Shown here: piece after piece, positions 23,420 to 36,960 of the stretch
How positions within the stretch are numbered: the stretch's first letter is position 1
Layout of the letters: every line of letters begins with the position of its first letter
Assembly: GCF_022045235.1 (NCBI RefSeq)
Contig: NW_027266343.1
Location: 49,848,001-49,912,000, forward strand
Length of the DNA stretch: 64,000 bases
Source: Haliotis cracherodii
Taxonomy: Eukaryota
Direction of reading: 5' to 3'
Made by a program: the position numbers and the translations under genes
The notes under the pieces: model-generated
The model's database searches: none
What the model was told of the DNA's origin: nothing
What the model saw: the letters and a program-made list of their open reading frames with translations, nothing else

Positions 23420-23760
23420 GTAGGGTCTCCTTCTTCTGTTATCTCGTGTACAGAGATTTATGTAGGACTCCTAGCTAAGTGCCTTTGGCAAACAAACTTG
23501 GAAACAATTATTATTGCGTTCAGAATCAGGATTTTTATAAGTTATTTTTATCTTGGTTGGTTGGTTGGTTGGTTTGTTGTTTTATGCCACACTCAGCAAT
23601 GTTCCAGCTATATGATGGCGGTCTGTAAATAATCAAGTCTGGACCAGACAATCCAGTGATCGACATCATGATCATCGATCTACAAAATTGGGATCGATGA
23701 CAGGCATCAACCAAGTCAGCGAGCCTGACCACCCAATCCCGTTAGTCTATTTTTTAATTT

Positions 23761-24398
23761 TTTTATCCCCCGCCCAACAAAGTTGGGGATATAGAAACGG
23801 GCTCCGTCCGTCCGTCTGTCCGTACATCAGTCCGTCCGTCACGTTTCGTTTCCGGAGCATAACTCATGAACCATCAATATTTTTTCATCAAACTTTGCAG
23901 GTCTGTCAGGTGCTATTTAGAAATTTTAGAAATGTTTATTTTTTACGTTTCCTTGGCAACAAGATGGACTTAGGTTCTGTGTTTTCATCAAACTTTGCAG
24001 GTCTGTCAGGTACATGCTGGACTGGTGCCTTTTGCTATTTAGAAATTTCAGAAATTTTTATTTTTTATGTTTCCATGGCAACAAGATGGACTTAGGTTCT
24101 GTGAGGGTAGGGTTCATTTCCGGAGCATAACTCATAAACCGTTCAATATTTTTTCATCACACTTTGCAGGTCTGTCAAGTACATGCTGAACTGGTTCCTT
24201 TTGCTATTAAGACATTTTAGAAATTTTTATTTTTTATGTTTCTATGGCAACAAGATGGACTTAGGTCTTCTTTTTTTACAATTTCCATGACAAGTTCCAC
24301 CTCGGTTAAAAAAGGTTAGGGTTTGTTTAGATTTCATTATGTCATAAATTCTGCAACAGGGGCGGGGGATATAGCAACGTTAGTGGCAAACACTTGTT
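23761..24398 (+). mobile_element. Helentron/DINE-1-like non-autonomous element
   Basis: T-rich site, subterminal IR tatcccccgcc/ggcgggggata, 5' hairpin cccaac/gttggg, (CCGT)n, internal tandem core repeats. Confidence 0.7.
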
Positions 24399-24923
24399 GA
24401 CATTTATCTGAGTAACAAGATGAGGTGGAAATGGAGCGTATTCTGGATTATTGCACTTAAATAGTGACGTGTTAGTGTACTGGTCCGAAGTAATGATGGT
24501 TTTATTGTGCAAGCCCACTGAGAAACCATAGCAAAGTTTAACATGGATACCCTACTACAGATACTGACTCTGACCCGACCAGTCCTGGTTTTATCCCCTT
24601 TATGCTAGGGTCAAGCAGGGTAATAACAAGTACCATCTTTTAACATTTTTGGGTATGACATGGCTGGGATCGAACCAGCAATCTTCTGCTCTCTGGGCAA
24701 GCGCTCTTTCCGCTAGACCATGGAGGCGGTCTGTGAGTTACAAATTGTTGATATAATTAACTATGAGGTTCCCTGTTATGTCCAGAGTTGACTAAAAAGC
24801 AGGACTTGGAGATGTTTGACCAACACACCCTTGCTCTGTTGGTAGTGTGCCTTTCAACAAATTTCTTTTTCCATTCATTATTTACTTTTCGGAAAATGAT
24901 ATTCAAATACTCTTCTCTTGCAG

Positions 24924-24994
24924 ATTTTCAAAAATCCTTATGACTTTGGATTTGTGGAGAACTGGAAAATCTTCCTGGGAATAGAAAAGGACAG
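24924..24994 (+). CDS. ZDHHC16: ZDHHC16 coding exon 7
   Basis: IFKNPYDFGFVENWKIFLG (PaCCT motif); ttgcag acceptor, AG|gtaaga donor. Confidence 0.93.
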
Positions 24995-26490
24995 GTAAGA
25001 TGTTTCTGTAAAAGGATCAATAGTACTCTTTTGAAGGAATACAACACTGGTGCTTGTTTGTCTGTATTGCTGACTTGGTGTCCTTTGCAAGTATGTGATT
25101 ACCACAGTTAGCTCCCAGAATACCTATCTGAACTTTAAGGTGTTGAAACTTATTGCAAATCCTTCATAACCTGATATGTCATGTCAAAGTCAAGGTCATC
25201 TTCAAGGCCTTAGCCTGAAAAAAAGTTTGTTTAGTGTCTAATTCAAGGATTTACTGTAGGTCAATGAAACATGGTCTTCCTGAAGACAGGGCAGAGATCA
25301 GGAAAGGTCATGAGTGACATAAATATAAGGTCAAGGTCACATTGAAGGTCATTCGCAAAATATGTTTGCCATTTTCCCTCACATGTGTCATACATGTATT
25401 AAGTCTTATACATGTTTGTGTATTATTTCAGGATATATGTATGATACATGATAACAGGTCACAGTGACCTACTTTCAACGAATGACATATGCTGTTTTAT
25501 TGTTATTGCACTGAATTCGGCCTCGGAACATCATATTTGAGGGATAACCAGTTATAGTCTTGAAATGATTCCACATGATATTGAAGCTCAAATTCACTCT
25601 CAAGGTCATACACTCAGAATTGTTCCCAATAACTAAAAAGCTGAAATTGAGGGTCAAGGTGATTAAACCAAAAGGGCATTGAGGTAGCTGGAAGCATGAG
25701 CTTCTGATATTGGGGAATGAAGTTATTCTGTACTTTCTTATTTCGCTTTGTTGGAGGCAATGGATTTCTGTTTCAAAGTCACACTGGAAGTGATATCATT
25801 CAGCCAGAAGTGTGCATAAATTTCTCATCAAGGTAGCTGAAGGTATCAGACTTTCTGTTTAAAACAGTCTTGCATGAGACATGTTTTCCCAAACTAGAAG
25901 GGTAGCCATTAGAATGGAAGGGCATGCAGCAGTCTTATGAAGCTAGCTACAAGCATGTGAGATTCTGGTTGTCTTGCATTAAGCATGTACTTGGCCAAAC
26001 CAGAAGTGATGCCATTACAGTGGAAATGCCTTTACAATCCTCGGTATGATAGAGAGGGGACATGTACATGTACTTGAATCTGTCCTGAGGTTGTAGCAGT
26101 CATCATTTCACAAAGGTAGGCAATGAAATGTGGGTATGTGAGATGTCCGGGACTTCTAGAAATGGCAGTGACAGCTCTGCTTTTTTTTTTATTGCAAGTA
26201 CTTGCAGACACTTTTCAGGTTAATTTGAGCTTATATCTACCCTGGTATTATTGCGTTTATTATCTAATATTCCAGGCCAATTACAGTGAACCACAGAGCC
26301 TTCTGACCTTTTTTTTCATTAAAAAAGCTTGAAAACATATATTGCTAAATATGGCTCTGGGTAAGCAAAAATTCTAGCTTTCTTTAACAAAGGGAACACA
26401 AACTGAGGTTATTTGCTGGTCTGTTGGACCATCGTTATACCTGTGGTATGTAACCATGGTAACTGTTGTACACCATCTTGTCAGTTCCAG

Positions 26491-26608
26491 GTCCTTCTGG
26501 CGACACATCCTCCTCCCATCATGCCATACACCAACAGGAAACGGTCTCACGTGGAGAACTGCCACCTATCAGTTGAACCAGGAAGAAAATGGCCTCCGGT
26601 TGTTATGA
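26491..26608 (+). CDS. ZDHHC16: ZDHHC16 last coding exon (386 aa total)
   Basis: RSFWRHILLPSCHTPTGNGLTW...LL*; phase 2 matches. Confidence 0.92.
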
Positions 26609-28084
26609 CGATGGCACACAGAGGCAGAATTCTTTTACAGACTGATGTGGTTGATACCCAGATTTATTTTAAAGGATTTTAAGGCTGTTGTGATAAATAT
26701 GGTGAATGTTTTCTCTCTGCGACTATGCAGGATATTCACAGGATGTTCGCAGGAAAGTAACTGCAGGATAGGACTTCCTAACAATCATCACAAAACATCT
26801 ATAGGACATTAAACTTCAATAGGATATCCACAAGACTTGACAAGGACATTTACATGAGTTATCAAGGACATTCACAACATTTTTCAAGGACAATCACAAG
26901 ACAACATCCATAAGATACCTACATGACTTTCTACAGACGTACTGAGGACAGGCACAAGACAGCAATAGGACATTCATCTCACTTTCACATGTTATCTGGA
27001 GGACTTTACAGGACATCAACAGGACATTCACAGGATTCCATGTGCTTTTTTTACTCCGTCTTCCTCTCAGGGATTTACTCCCAGTCTGACATGCTGCATC
27101 TCCACTTTCCACGCATCACGTCATGACTGGGAGCTGGTGTGGCTGCTACGCCAGGTTTCTACATGATTGAGAGTTTTTGTGTCATGGACATTCCACCCAC
27201 AATCTCATTAAACTCCGATCGGTTACTCCGATATGACACGGCCCCTGTGGGGAGGTCTGAGGACACGACCATAGGAGGGTGCATGAGAGGAACCCTGAGC
27301 AAACTTTGACCACAATGTCCACCGGTAAATGAAGGATGTGTGGGTTCTTGATCTTAGCAACAAATAACATAGAACACAAAGATATGTCCATATATTACTC
27401 ACTCTTTTGGGTGTAGATGACACGTTCTGTGTACAAGATCCACAACAACATAATTGTAGAATAAAATTCCCTGAATATTTTCATTTTCAAAATATGGTGG
27501 GGCGGTCGGGTAGCCTAGTGGTTAAAGTATTTGTCACATCGAAGATACTCCCGTAGTGATATTTGCAATAATATTGAATATTGAATATTGAATATTGATC
27601 ATATTGAAAACTACCCTTCAGCAAGTAATGTTTGTCATAAGAGGCAACTTACAGGATCGGGTGGTCAGGCTTGCCGACTTGGTTGATGCATTTAATCATA
27701 TCCCAATTGCGTAGATCGATGCTCATGATGTCAATCACTGGATTGTCTGGTCCAGACTTGATTAGTTACAGACCGCTGTCATATAACTAGAATATTGCTA
27801 AGAGTGGCGTTAAAGAACAAACAAACACTCAGAAGAAATCAGATACGCTTGTCTGAATGCTTCACTCACTCATTCCGAGAGTAGAAAAGTCCCTATACTG
27901 ATGTGCTGGTGAAAACTTCACCTGACACAACCTATGAAAGTGTCCTCAGTTCTCCACACAGGGAAGCATTGTATCAGAGTAAAAATCTGATTTTAATGAG
28001 ATTGTTCCACCCTTTCATGCTCTCAACTAGTAAAACCTTACAAAATTAATATAGATGTTCAAAGGCAGCTTCTGATGTCATTAC

Positions 28085-28284
28085 TGCTAACGGTCAGGGA
28101 ACCTTGCTGATGGTCAGGGAACCTTGCTGATGGTCAGGGAACCTTGCTAATGGTCAGGGAACCTTGCTAACGGTCAGGGAACCTTGCTGATGGTAAGGGA
28201 ACCTTGCTGATGGTCAGAGAACCTTGCTAACGATCAGGGAACCTTGCTAACGGTCAGGGAACCTTGCTAACGGTCAGGGAACCT
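28085..28284. repeat. 20-bp minisatellite (TGCTAACGGTCAGGGAACCT)n
   Basis: 10 units. Confidence 0.95.
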
Positions 28285-29759
28285 GGAATTTGTTTACAAA
28301 GTTGACAGCTCAAGAACCCATGCAGCCATTATTTTGCTCAGAGTCAAACTGATGTGACCTTCCATCGGGGGTGTCCTCGGATCTTCATGCAGATGTATTG
28401 TATCGGAGTGAAAGATCATATTATAAGGTGGGGATAATTGGGGTCATTTCAAAATAAAATAATAATCAGTTTAGCTTTATTGACCGTATCATAAACAATT
28501 CTGCAAACATGTCAAGGAAAAAGTGAAAAAGGGTCAGGTTTAAAGACATGGCTCTTGTGAGGGGGTGGCACAAAGATCAAATGAACAATCAAATCAACAA
28601 GTAGTTGAGCTTGATGTCAGTAAACAGTAGACAGTAGACCTGAGACTGTTTTTCCCGCTAAGTGTCACAGAACTTGTGTTCATTGTTGTAAATGTACATT
28701 TGTATATGTTATTGTTATGATTTTAATAAAATAACAAGTACAATGTTCGTAAATGACTTGTGTGTTTATGGTATGTAGCCATGTACAGTAAACTACAGTC
28801 ATAAAAAACTCAAAGGGACCACTAACTTGTTCATTATAACCATATATACAGCAAAGGGAACCAAAACATGCTCGCTATATCCGTCAGTTCATCATAAGCA
28901 TGTTTGTTATAAACATAGTCTACTGTACAGTGAAATGTAGACAAACATCTAGTCTGTGAAATGAACTATTTCCTAGACATAACTGGCAGAACACAAAACA
29001 AAACCCAATAATTCCTGAATAATGTCATTTATTGAGGTTTCACACGATTCCTGTTGGTGCATCACCAGCTCAAGTAAAACCTTACTGTCAGTGTCAGACT
29101 CGCCAGTATGCCGTCTGTGTCTCACGTAACATTTGTCATATAAAATTGCATCTATACTAAACACAAAATGTCAGGGATCATGAATATTTTTTTGGATTTT
29201 GTTTTCTAGTGAAGACTGACGACACAATTTCATAAAAATATCCCCCGAAATACTCATGATCCCTAACCTTTTGTGTTCAGTATAGAATGTGTAACATCTC
29301 ACACAACGAAATGATCCACTTTATTCGTTACCAGGCTGTGTGAGCACTGTCTTCACAAGTATAACTTATAACGTTGGAGGCCCTACGAGCCTGTAGTTGA
29401 GGCTGTTTGATGCATGGACACACACAGGGTGGGAATATCACTGTCAGTGTTCGTTGACATCGTCTCTCCAAATGCAATCCTAATATTGACAATGTTTTCT
29501 CAAAGTTTGCATGCTGGTGTGGGCCTAGGTTAGGCACATCGATGTTCAGAGACGCTGACTGCAATTGATGGCCACTCAACAACTCAACTCATGTCTCAGC
29601 TCCAGTTCATGTCAGTGTTTGCCACCATGAGTTAGCCACAGTGGGACATCAAGTAGACCCATGTGAAACAAGACATGGAATATGCTCTCTCCGATCTAGC
29701 ATACCAATGTTTCAATGAAATAACTCACTCAATCTCAGGTGAGGCATACCGGTTCCTAT

Positions 29760-30263
29760 GCTGGACTTGACAACACGCATATACTCTCCAATCAGGCACA
29801 CCAATGATGGATGCGACAACGCACATATACTCTCCAATCAGGCACACCAATGTTGGATGCGACAACACACGCTATCTTCAATCAGGCATACCAATGTTGG
29901 CCGTGATATAACACACGCTATCTTCGATCAGGCATACCAATGTTGGCCGTGATATAACACACGCTATCTTCGATCAGACATACCAATGTTGGACGTGATA
30001 TAACACGCTATCTTCGAACAGGCATACCAATGTTGGCCGTGATATAACACGCTATCTTCGATCAGGCATACCAATGTTGGCCGTGATATAACACACGCTA
30101 TCTTCGATCAGACATACCAATGTTGGCTGTGATATAACACACGCTATCTTCGATCAGGCATACCAATGTTGGACGTGATATAACACACGCTATCTTCGAT
30201 CAGGCATACCAATGATGGACGTGATATAACGCGCTATCTTCGATCAGGCATACCAATGTTGGA
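29760..30263. repeat. 44-46-bp minisatellite made from the MED28 last codons, stop and start of 3' UTR
   Basis: Minus-strand unit TCCAACATTGGTATGCCTGATCGAAGATAG-CGTGTGTTATATCACG, about 9 good plus 2-3 decayed copies. Confidence 0.93.
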
Positions 30264-30587
30264 CATAGTTTGTTCCAGGTAAGCTAGGGGCCCTGGTTGG
30301 TATGCTGGTGGGGGTTGAGGCGGAGGCATGACGAAGGGCTGAGGGACGGCACCTGGCATGGGGGGGCCAGGGTACGGGGCCATGCCTGGGTGCTGCTGTG
30401 GGTGCATCGGCTGGGGAGGGGGAGGTTGTTGCATCTGGGGGGGTTGCTGCTGGTGAAGCGAGGGCTGCTGGGGGGTTCCAGTGCCAGGCATGTTGCGGAG
30501 GAGGTTCTGCCAGTGCTGTAGACGTTCATGGTGTTTTTCTATCAGCTTCTCTTTTCTCTCAATCTCACTCTTCAGGTCGGCGATGTC
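30234..30587 (-). CDS. MED28: Mediator subunit 28, exon 4
   Basis: DIADLKSEIERKEKLIEKH...W..., P/Q-rich tract, GPLAYLEQ..SNI motif; tttcag acceptor. Confidence 0.93.
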   Translation of the reverse strand, partial: DIADLKSEIERKEKLIEKHHERLQHWQNLLRNMPGTGTPQQPSLHQQQPPQMQQPPPPQPMHPQQHPGMAPYPGPPMPGAVPQPFVMPPPQPPPAYQPGPLAYLEQTMSNIGMPDRR

Positions 30588-31673
30588 CTGAAACAGTGAC
30601 CATGTCATGTAGTTAGTGGGTGAGTGAGTTTAGTTTTACGCCACTTTTAGCAATTTATCAAGCAATATCAAGGCGGTGGAACACCAGAAATGGGCTTCAC
30701 ACATGTCAGGAATCAAACCCAGATCTTCGGTGTGACGAGTGAACGCTTTAGCCCCTAGGCTACCCAACCGCCTGGCCATGTCATGTAACTTCCATTTGTT
30801 GATATGACTGGGGTAAAAATTGGCGCTCATCAAGATGTTTAAGTGTGTCATTTGGAATCTGAGTGTGTCAACCAGAAGGATACTTTTGAGAACTTCTGTA
30901 AGAACTTGATGACTTTTCGTATTGAGCTAAATAATAAGCAGTTTTTTGGGAAATTGCACCCTTCTTTTTCATTCAATTGATTATACCCTTCTCAATTTCT
31001 GAATGCCCAGGATTATTTTGTGAATCAAACGGTGTAAGAATTTTTATATTGCTATTTCCATGAGTTTAATCAGTTTATCTGTATGCCAGTGCAAGTGTCA
31101 CTGGATTCATACCATAAAACACGTTTTTCTACAAGCACCGGAAACAAATTTTAACCATGTGATTGTCACTCTAAAACAAGCAGTTTGAAACCCTGCATGT
31201 GTTACACACAATCCAACTTCCACAAGATGTCAAGTCTATGTTAAGATAAAGGAAGAGTAGCGCTACCATCCCTTTGTAAGACCAGGCCTTTAACAGCAAT
31301 TCCAATATGTAGGTAGAGGTAGGCAGGTAGAGAGGCAGCATTTTGGCTTGTAAGGCATTTGCCAGGTCAATACTTGTGCCTCTTTCAGCAAGCATGGGTT
31401 GCTGAAGACCTATTCTAACCCGGATCTTCAAGAGGAAACATCTTGTCTGTTTAGATATTCAGTACTCTTGGACAAACAGACTAGTGGGTGTATCTGAACA
31501 CAGAACCATATGGCTTCCTGTCCAGTAAAAACCTTCACTAGAATCATATGACTCTTGTTCACTGCCCCTCCGCCCTCCGCCCCCTCCCCAATGCCTTAAA
31601 GTAAATGACCAGTCAGTTTGCTGTTACAACAGACATCGGCTGCTATGGACCTATACTGCTGCATCATCCCTAT

Positions 31674-31863
31674 GAGTGAGTGAGTGAGTGAGTGAGAGTG
31701 AGTGTGAGTATGGTTTTACGCTGCTTTTAGCAATATTCCAGGAATATCACGGCAGGGGACACCAGAAATGGGCTTCACACATTGTACCCATGTCGTGAAT
31801 CGAACCCGGGTCTTCGGCGTGATGAGTGAACACTTTAACCACTAGGCTACCCGAACGCCCCCC
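31674..31863 (-). mobile_element. SINE family A
   Basis: Full-length match with (ACTC)n tail. Confidence 0.85.
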
Positions 31864-32007
31864 CTATGGGTGAATGCATGTCAGTAAGAATGTGTGATTA
31901 TCATAAATCCAATAACACAGCCACTGTAGCCACTACTCGGGAACCACCTGACCAGAGTCCCCGAGTTCCTAGTGGCCACACTGGTCCACATCATCAGGGA
32001 CACACAC

Positions 32008-32120
32008 CTCCTTCAACACCTGCTCCGGCTTCTCCGTGGACATGATGAGTCTCTGACTCAGGAAGTACGCCTCTGTCTGACGCGCTAGATCCAGGAACTT
32101 GGATATTGTGTGGTCCACCC
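32008..32120 (-). CDS. MED28: MED28 exon 3
   Basis: [25 protein letters not shown]...KPEQVLKE; phases 1/0. Confidence 0.93.
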
Positions 32121-32782
32121 CTGCAACATGAACACATCACCTGGGATACTATTATAATCTCTTTATAGCTTACCAAACCACATATCCCACATGAGTTTTT
32201 GTCTTGGCCTGTTCGTCTGCCTGTTTGTATGTCGTAGTGGCAGCCATATTGGGAAACCCATATTACCACATGCCAGAACTCTGCCATTTATGCATTTATT
32301 TGAATCTCATGTCTTGTAGGCTTTAACCGTGTTTCCTGTATGACGTTGATCTTAGGTGGTATACTGCCCTTGGAATTCTATTAAAATCAGGGCTAGAAAT
32401 TAACCTTAAAAGTCTACTCAACTACTGGCTTGAATAGTGGGATCAGATGGATCAAGCTAGTGTTAATTTCTACCCCTGACTTCTGCAATCGGCTGGAAAG
32501 CCAAAAGTGGTGAAGGTCATAGTAAGTTAGCAGATGAATGTTATGTCAATGCCGCAGACAACCTGACCACTTAGTCACCTCTTGGATTCAAACCAAACCA
32601 GTGCAACCAGAACAGAGACATTTCTTATTTAACTTGAGTGAAAAATGTATCTAAAAGTTTCAGATATATGTACATCAACACAAAACATGCATCACAAGTA
32701 CATCCTAACATAAATTAGTAGAAATATTATATATATTATTCTTTTCTTAATCCAAAGATTTGATTTCCCCATGAATACCCAC

Positions 32783-32849
32783 CTGTCTTGGTCTCTTCGG
32801 AATCAACAACATTGAAATGCTCCTGGGTAGTGACCAAGGCAAGACAATT
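32783..32849 (-). CDS. MED28: MED28 exon 2
   Basis: NCLALVTTQEHFNVVDSEETKT; tttcag acceptor, G|gtgggt donor. Confidence 0.9.
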
Positions 32850-32924
32850 CTGAAACCAAAAATACACAATTAGGATCAGTCTTACCACTATCATCCCCAA
32901 TAGACCAGATACATAGTGTAATTT

Positions 32925-33280
32925 ACCGTTTTCGACATCATAAGCACCCAGGGCCCTCTCAAAATTAGAAATAAAGGGCTCTTATTAGAATATTATTTGA
33001 GTGAAAAAAACAGAAGTTGAAAGATAAATTTCGTGATTTATGCTGACAGCCTGAAATGTTTACATAAGACAGATATATTTTTCCAGAATTTAATTGCCCA
33101 TAATTATGTATGCATATAACACAAGAGTGCGTATTATAATAATATATATACGCGAATAAGTAAGTCTTTTGTACATTGATCAATCGAAGGGGTGCTAATT
33201 GGGATTATTCACTAGCCAATATATTAGCAAATATCGCTGTGGGCACCTTTAGAGCGGGGCGCTTATTACGTCGAATACGG
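32925..33280. mobile_element. Mariner/pogo-type MITE (TA TSD)
   Basis: TA|ccgttttcgacatcataagcaccc ... gggcgcttattacgtcgaatacgg|TA. Confidence 0.7.
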
Positions 33281-34302
33281 TAATCTCCATTCTGTTTAAA
33301 TAATACTGTGGACCCATTTGCTATCATAGCTGTATTTGGGAAGTGGTGTCCCATGTCCATCTCTTTCACCAGTAAGTTAGAATTTATCTCACATATGGGT
33401 GTTAGTTGATTGGGCGGCTATTTTGAGCATAAAAACAACAATGTCATTTGAGTCAAAACATGGCTATGGTAGTGAATGGGTTCAGAGCAGTCTGCGACTT
33501 TAGCCACTGGTCCAAATTCCATGTCTAGTAAATTTCTGTTCAATCTGGTTAACTCAGCTAATAATAAAAATAGTCCATATAATAACACTAAAATCTAATG
33601 AAAATGATGTAGTTATGTTCGGGCTAGTTGGCACAAAGATTTTTGGGACAGAGTTTCAGTGTATTTACCATGATACAGTGGAGATAACACATGGTACTGG
33701 TAGAATATCGGTCAAAAGTATTTATCATCATAATATGGAGTTGATACTCGAAGATGTTCTACCAATGACCACTGTACCATCTTTTCTTGACAGCTTCTTA
33801 TTGTGACATTTGACAATCATAATGCATAAATCCCCAGTATAGATCATTTGAGCATATTAAACATAGAACACAGTCCTTATTATTTGTGATACCATCAGTG
33901 TTGCCATGGTAATGTGTTGGCTCATGAACTCTTTAACCGAGCCGAGCTTCAAGTTGGCAGCCCTAGTGCAATCCTCCTCTAATCATGCAGCGCTAATTGG
34001 AATAAAAAGTAGATGTACTCCCAGTTCGTGAAAAGGGAGATAGTGATGTCCCATCTATGTGTTCATAGGTGCAGACATAATCCCAATGAAAGGTGAAACC
34101 AACATTCTTCGACATAAATATTTTAATGAGTTTATCCCAGAAAAGTCATTATGAGCATATCTGCATTTGCAGCATGCGAGTCATTGTCAAAAAATAATTC
34201 CGAAATATAGATAAGCAATCAAATAGCAAGACAAAAGAAGGAAACTTATTACTGCCACATATTTCACATAACTATTGTTTACCACGTGTCCAGGGGAATA
34301 TT

Positions 34303-34584
34303 GGGGGCACTGGCGGCCCAGTAGTCTAAGGAGCCATGATTCGCCTTGCAGAGTTGTGTCCCTTGGACACGCCAGAAACCTATGATTGTGGGTTCGAATC
34401 CCGTGTCGTCCCGATTATCTTTCTAGGTTTGTCAGCACCATACCCGTTCTCATGGGTTTCACCGAAGTGGTAAACGTCTTAAAACCTGCATCACTTCGGG
34501 CTTTCCTCCCATATTAAGCTGACACGCCGTGATGAAACTGGAATACTGTTAAAAGCGGCGTTAAACCCAACTCACTCACTCACT
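34303..34584 (+). mobile_element. SINE family B
   Basis: Full-length match to 8805-9087. Confidence 0.85.
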
Positions 34585-35875
34585 AAGGCGATTATCAATT
34601 AGAATAAGATAACATGGGTTTTTACTCTACATAGTTTGTTGGGTTTTTTAATGATAGATTGTGGCTATAGAACATATAAATTTATCTGAAAAATCTATTT
34701 CCATATCATTTGAATCCTAATTAGACTGACTTTATACACAGGAAAGTCAATACATCTACTGAGTTAGTAAATCATGTTCAGGTGTATGAAACAACACGTA
34801 GAGTGAGTGACTCTAAGGAGATGAACATGCGAATTTAACATTTTAACATAAGTTGAATGGACTATCATTAATCAACATGAGTTTCACCCACACCAGTGAC
34901 ACTCATGTTGCATACTCCTTCAGTTTGTGAATTTGTGTTGATATATTAACATTACCCTTTTTTGATACATGACAAATGTGATATTTTGCAATATATTAAG
35001 AAACAGTCGTAGTTTAAACTCTAATAACATGAACAACTGTAAAACACATCAAGACAACTTTCTCTTAAAAACAAGCCATCAACTGAATATTTACAATGTC
35101 TGTATGATGCTTACACTAACACACACACACAGATACATAGACACACAGACACCACTAAAGCGCGAGTAATTGTGATAAAAATGGCCATCCAAAAGTGTAT
35201 GATGTCCGAAAACCCATGATCTGACGATATATTTTATGTTGCAACATCAGGTTATTGAGAAAATGGCTGCTTGTGAAAATGGACCCAAACAAAACTAACG
35301 CAAATCTGTAGTGGTTTAGTTTATACCATTAGGGCATAGGATCCTTCTCTCCCATCTGGCATTATTAATTATTATTTTGTTTGTGTTTCAATTAATGGTT
35401 GTACTACCCACTGTCACATAGAAAGCCAGAGAGGCCACAGACAATGGCACATAATGGAGAAGTGAGGATTAGTGAAGGCCCTATATTTGAGTAAAGGGAG
35501 CTATGTATTAATTGTTATTTGGTTTGGGGCTTTTCAATCACAATTATTGAGAACTTCTGGGGCCCCAAGTTCTTTGGTTAGTTCATACAAGTGATTACCA
35601 ATTAACTTTGTTAGCATGGTTATCCATTGGTCCCTTTTATTTATGGGCATGGCTGACATTAGCGAAAGTGCACTCCGTGAACTGTGGAAATGATTAAATT
35701 GTGCACTGATGACAGTGGTGTGGAAAGAACGAAGAACAGATGGTCTGAAACATACAACTTCGAAACTCGGTGCTAAGAAGACGATAGTAGCATGTGCCCA
35801 GTTAAATGCATCCAATCTTTCCTTCAACATATAACTTGTTGGGGATTTCAGAAAAGAAATATCGCGCGTCTTTAC

Positions 35876-35941
35876 CTGAAACGCTGTTTCCAAATTATCA
35901 ATGATGTGAGTTTGGCCTCCATCACTTGTGGAGGCGGCCAT
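35876..35941 (-). CDS. MED28: MED28 exon 1 (199 aa total)
   Basis: aaaATGGCCGCC start; IIDNLETAFQ|gtaaag. Confidence 0.9.
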
Positions 35942-36572
35942 TTTTCGGTAAACAATGAAAACTTCGGTAACGTTCGGAATATTCCGCCTCAAGGTGTCAC
36001 CCGTTTATCCAGCATGCAGTTTCAAGTGTATGTATAATCGAGGTCATAACGGTCATCACTTTGTTTACTTCCGGGTTCATCTCAGCTGAGGGACACCACT
36101 CTTCTGTCTGAACGGGATCGAAATAGTGACAGCTTTATTCTCGGAACAACGACGATTCATATTTTGTTATATGGATAATCTGATGTAATGGTCTACATGG
36201 AAAATTGATGTTGTACGAATTTTATTGTAACCTTCAACAATTTTCCAACGATTCAGACAGACTCTGCGTGGTGTTTATTAGGAACCCGGAAGCACTGTTA
36301 GATTGGGTTTTAATACGTGCCTCCCTGTGAATAAGTTATTTAGGGCGTGTCATGATTAAAACTCTACATGACAGAGAGAGGGAGACAACTGACAGATCTT
36401 CCCACAATTTTGAAGTCACGTCATTTACTCAAGTCTTTACTGTGTCAGTGGTTCGAGCATATCTACTTTCTGACATCATATCCTGTTTATAACTCCTTAC
36501 ACTCTGTATGGGCAGTTGACGTAAACTATCAATTCTAAAAGTGAGGAAATAGTTTCTCACGTTTTTGCAACA
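35942..36572. promoter_or_regulatory. Probable bidirectional promoter MED28/TMEM127
   Basis: Divergent ATGs about 630 bp apart; ETS-like ACTTCCGG (~36067) and CCGGAAG (~36286). Confidence 0.6.
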
Positions 36573-36960
36573 ATGCCGTCAAGCACAAGTACAAGTAGGA
36601 GTTCAGGGAGAAATCGCGAGGGTGGCACAAGGCGAAATCGATCCAGAGTAAGATCTCGTACTCGACACCGAGAATCAAGAAGCCATTCACAGAGTCAGAG
36701 TCAGAGTCGTTTTCGCTTCAAGCTGAAGGAGCGAAACTACCCGGCAGCAGTGTGCAGCATGATAACGATCGTGCTGTTGTGTGTATCAATGGCTGAACCC
36801 CGATGGATATCCCTCCGCGGAGGGGGCTGCAGTTTGGCAGACACAAAGAATGGATATCTTCATTCTCTCGGTGTCAACCAATTCTTCTACAGCGGCAAAT
36901 TGGTTACCATGCAATCAGACAAGTCTATACACTACCATTTTGGTCCAGATCCAGATGAAG
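36573..36960 (+). CDS. TMEM127: Transmembrane protein 127-like, copy A, coding exon 1
   Basis: RS-rich N-terminus, ERNYPAAVC...LCVSMAEPRW motif; G|gtagtc donor. Confidence 0.85.
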
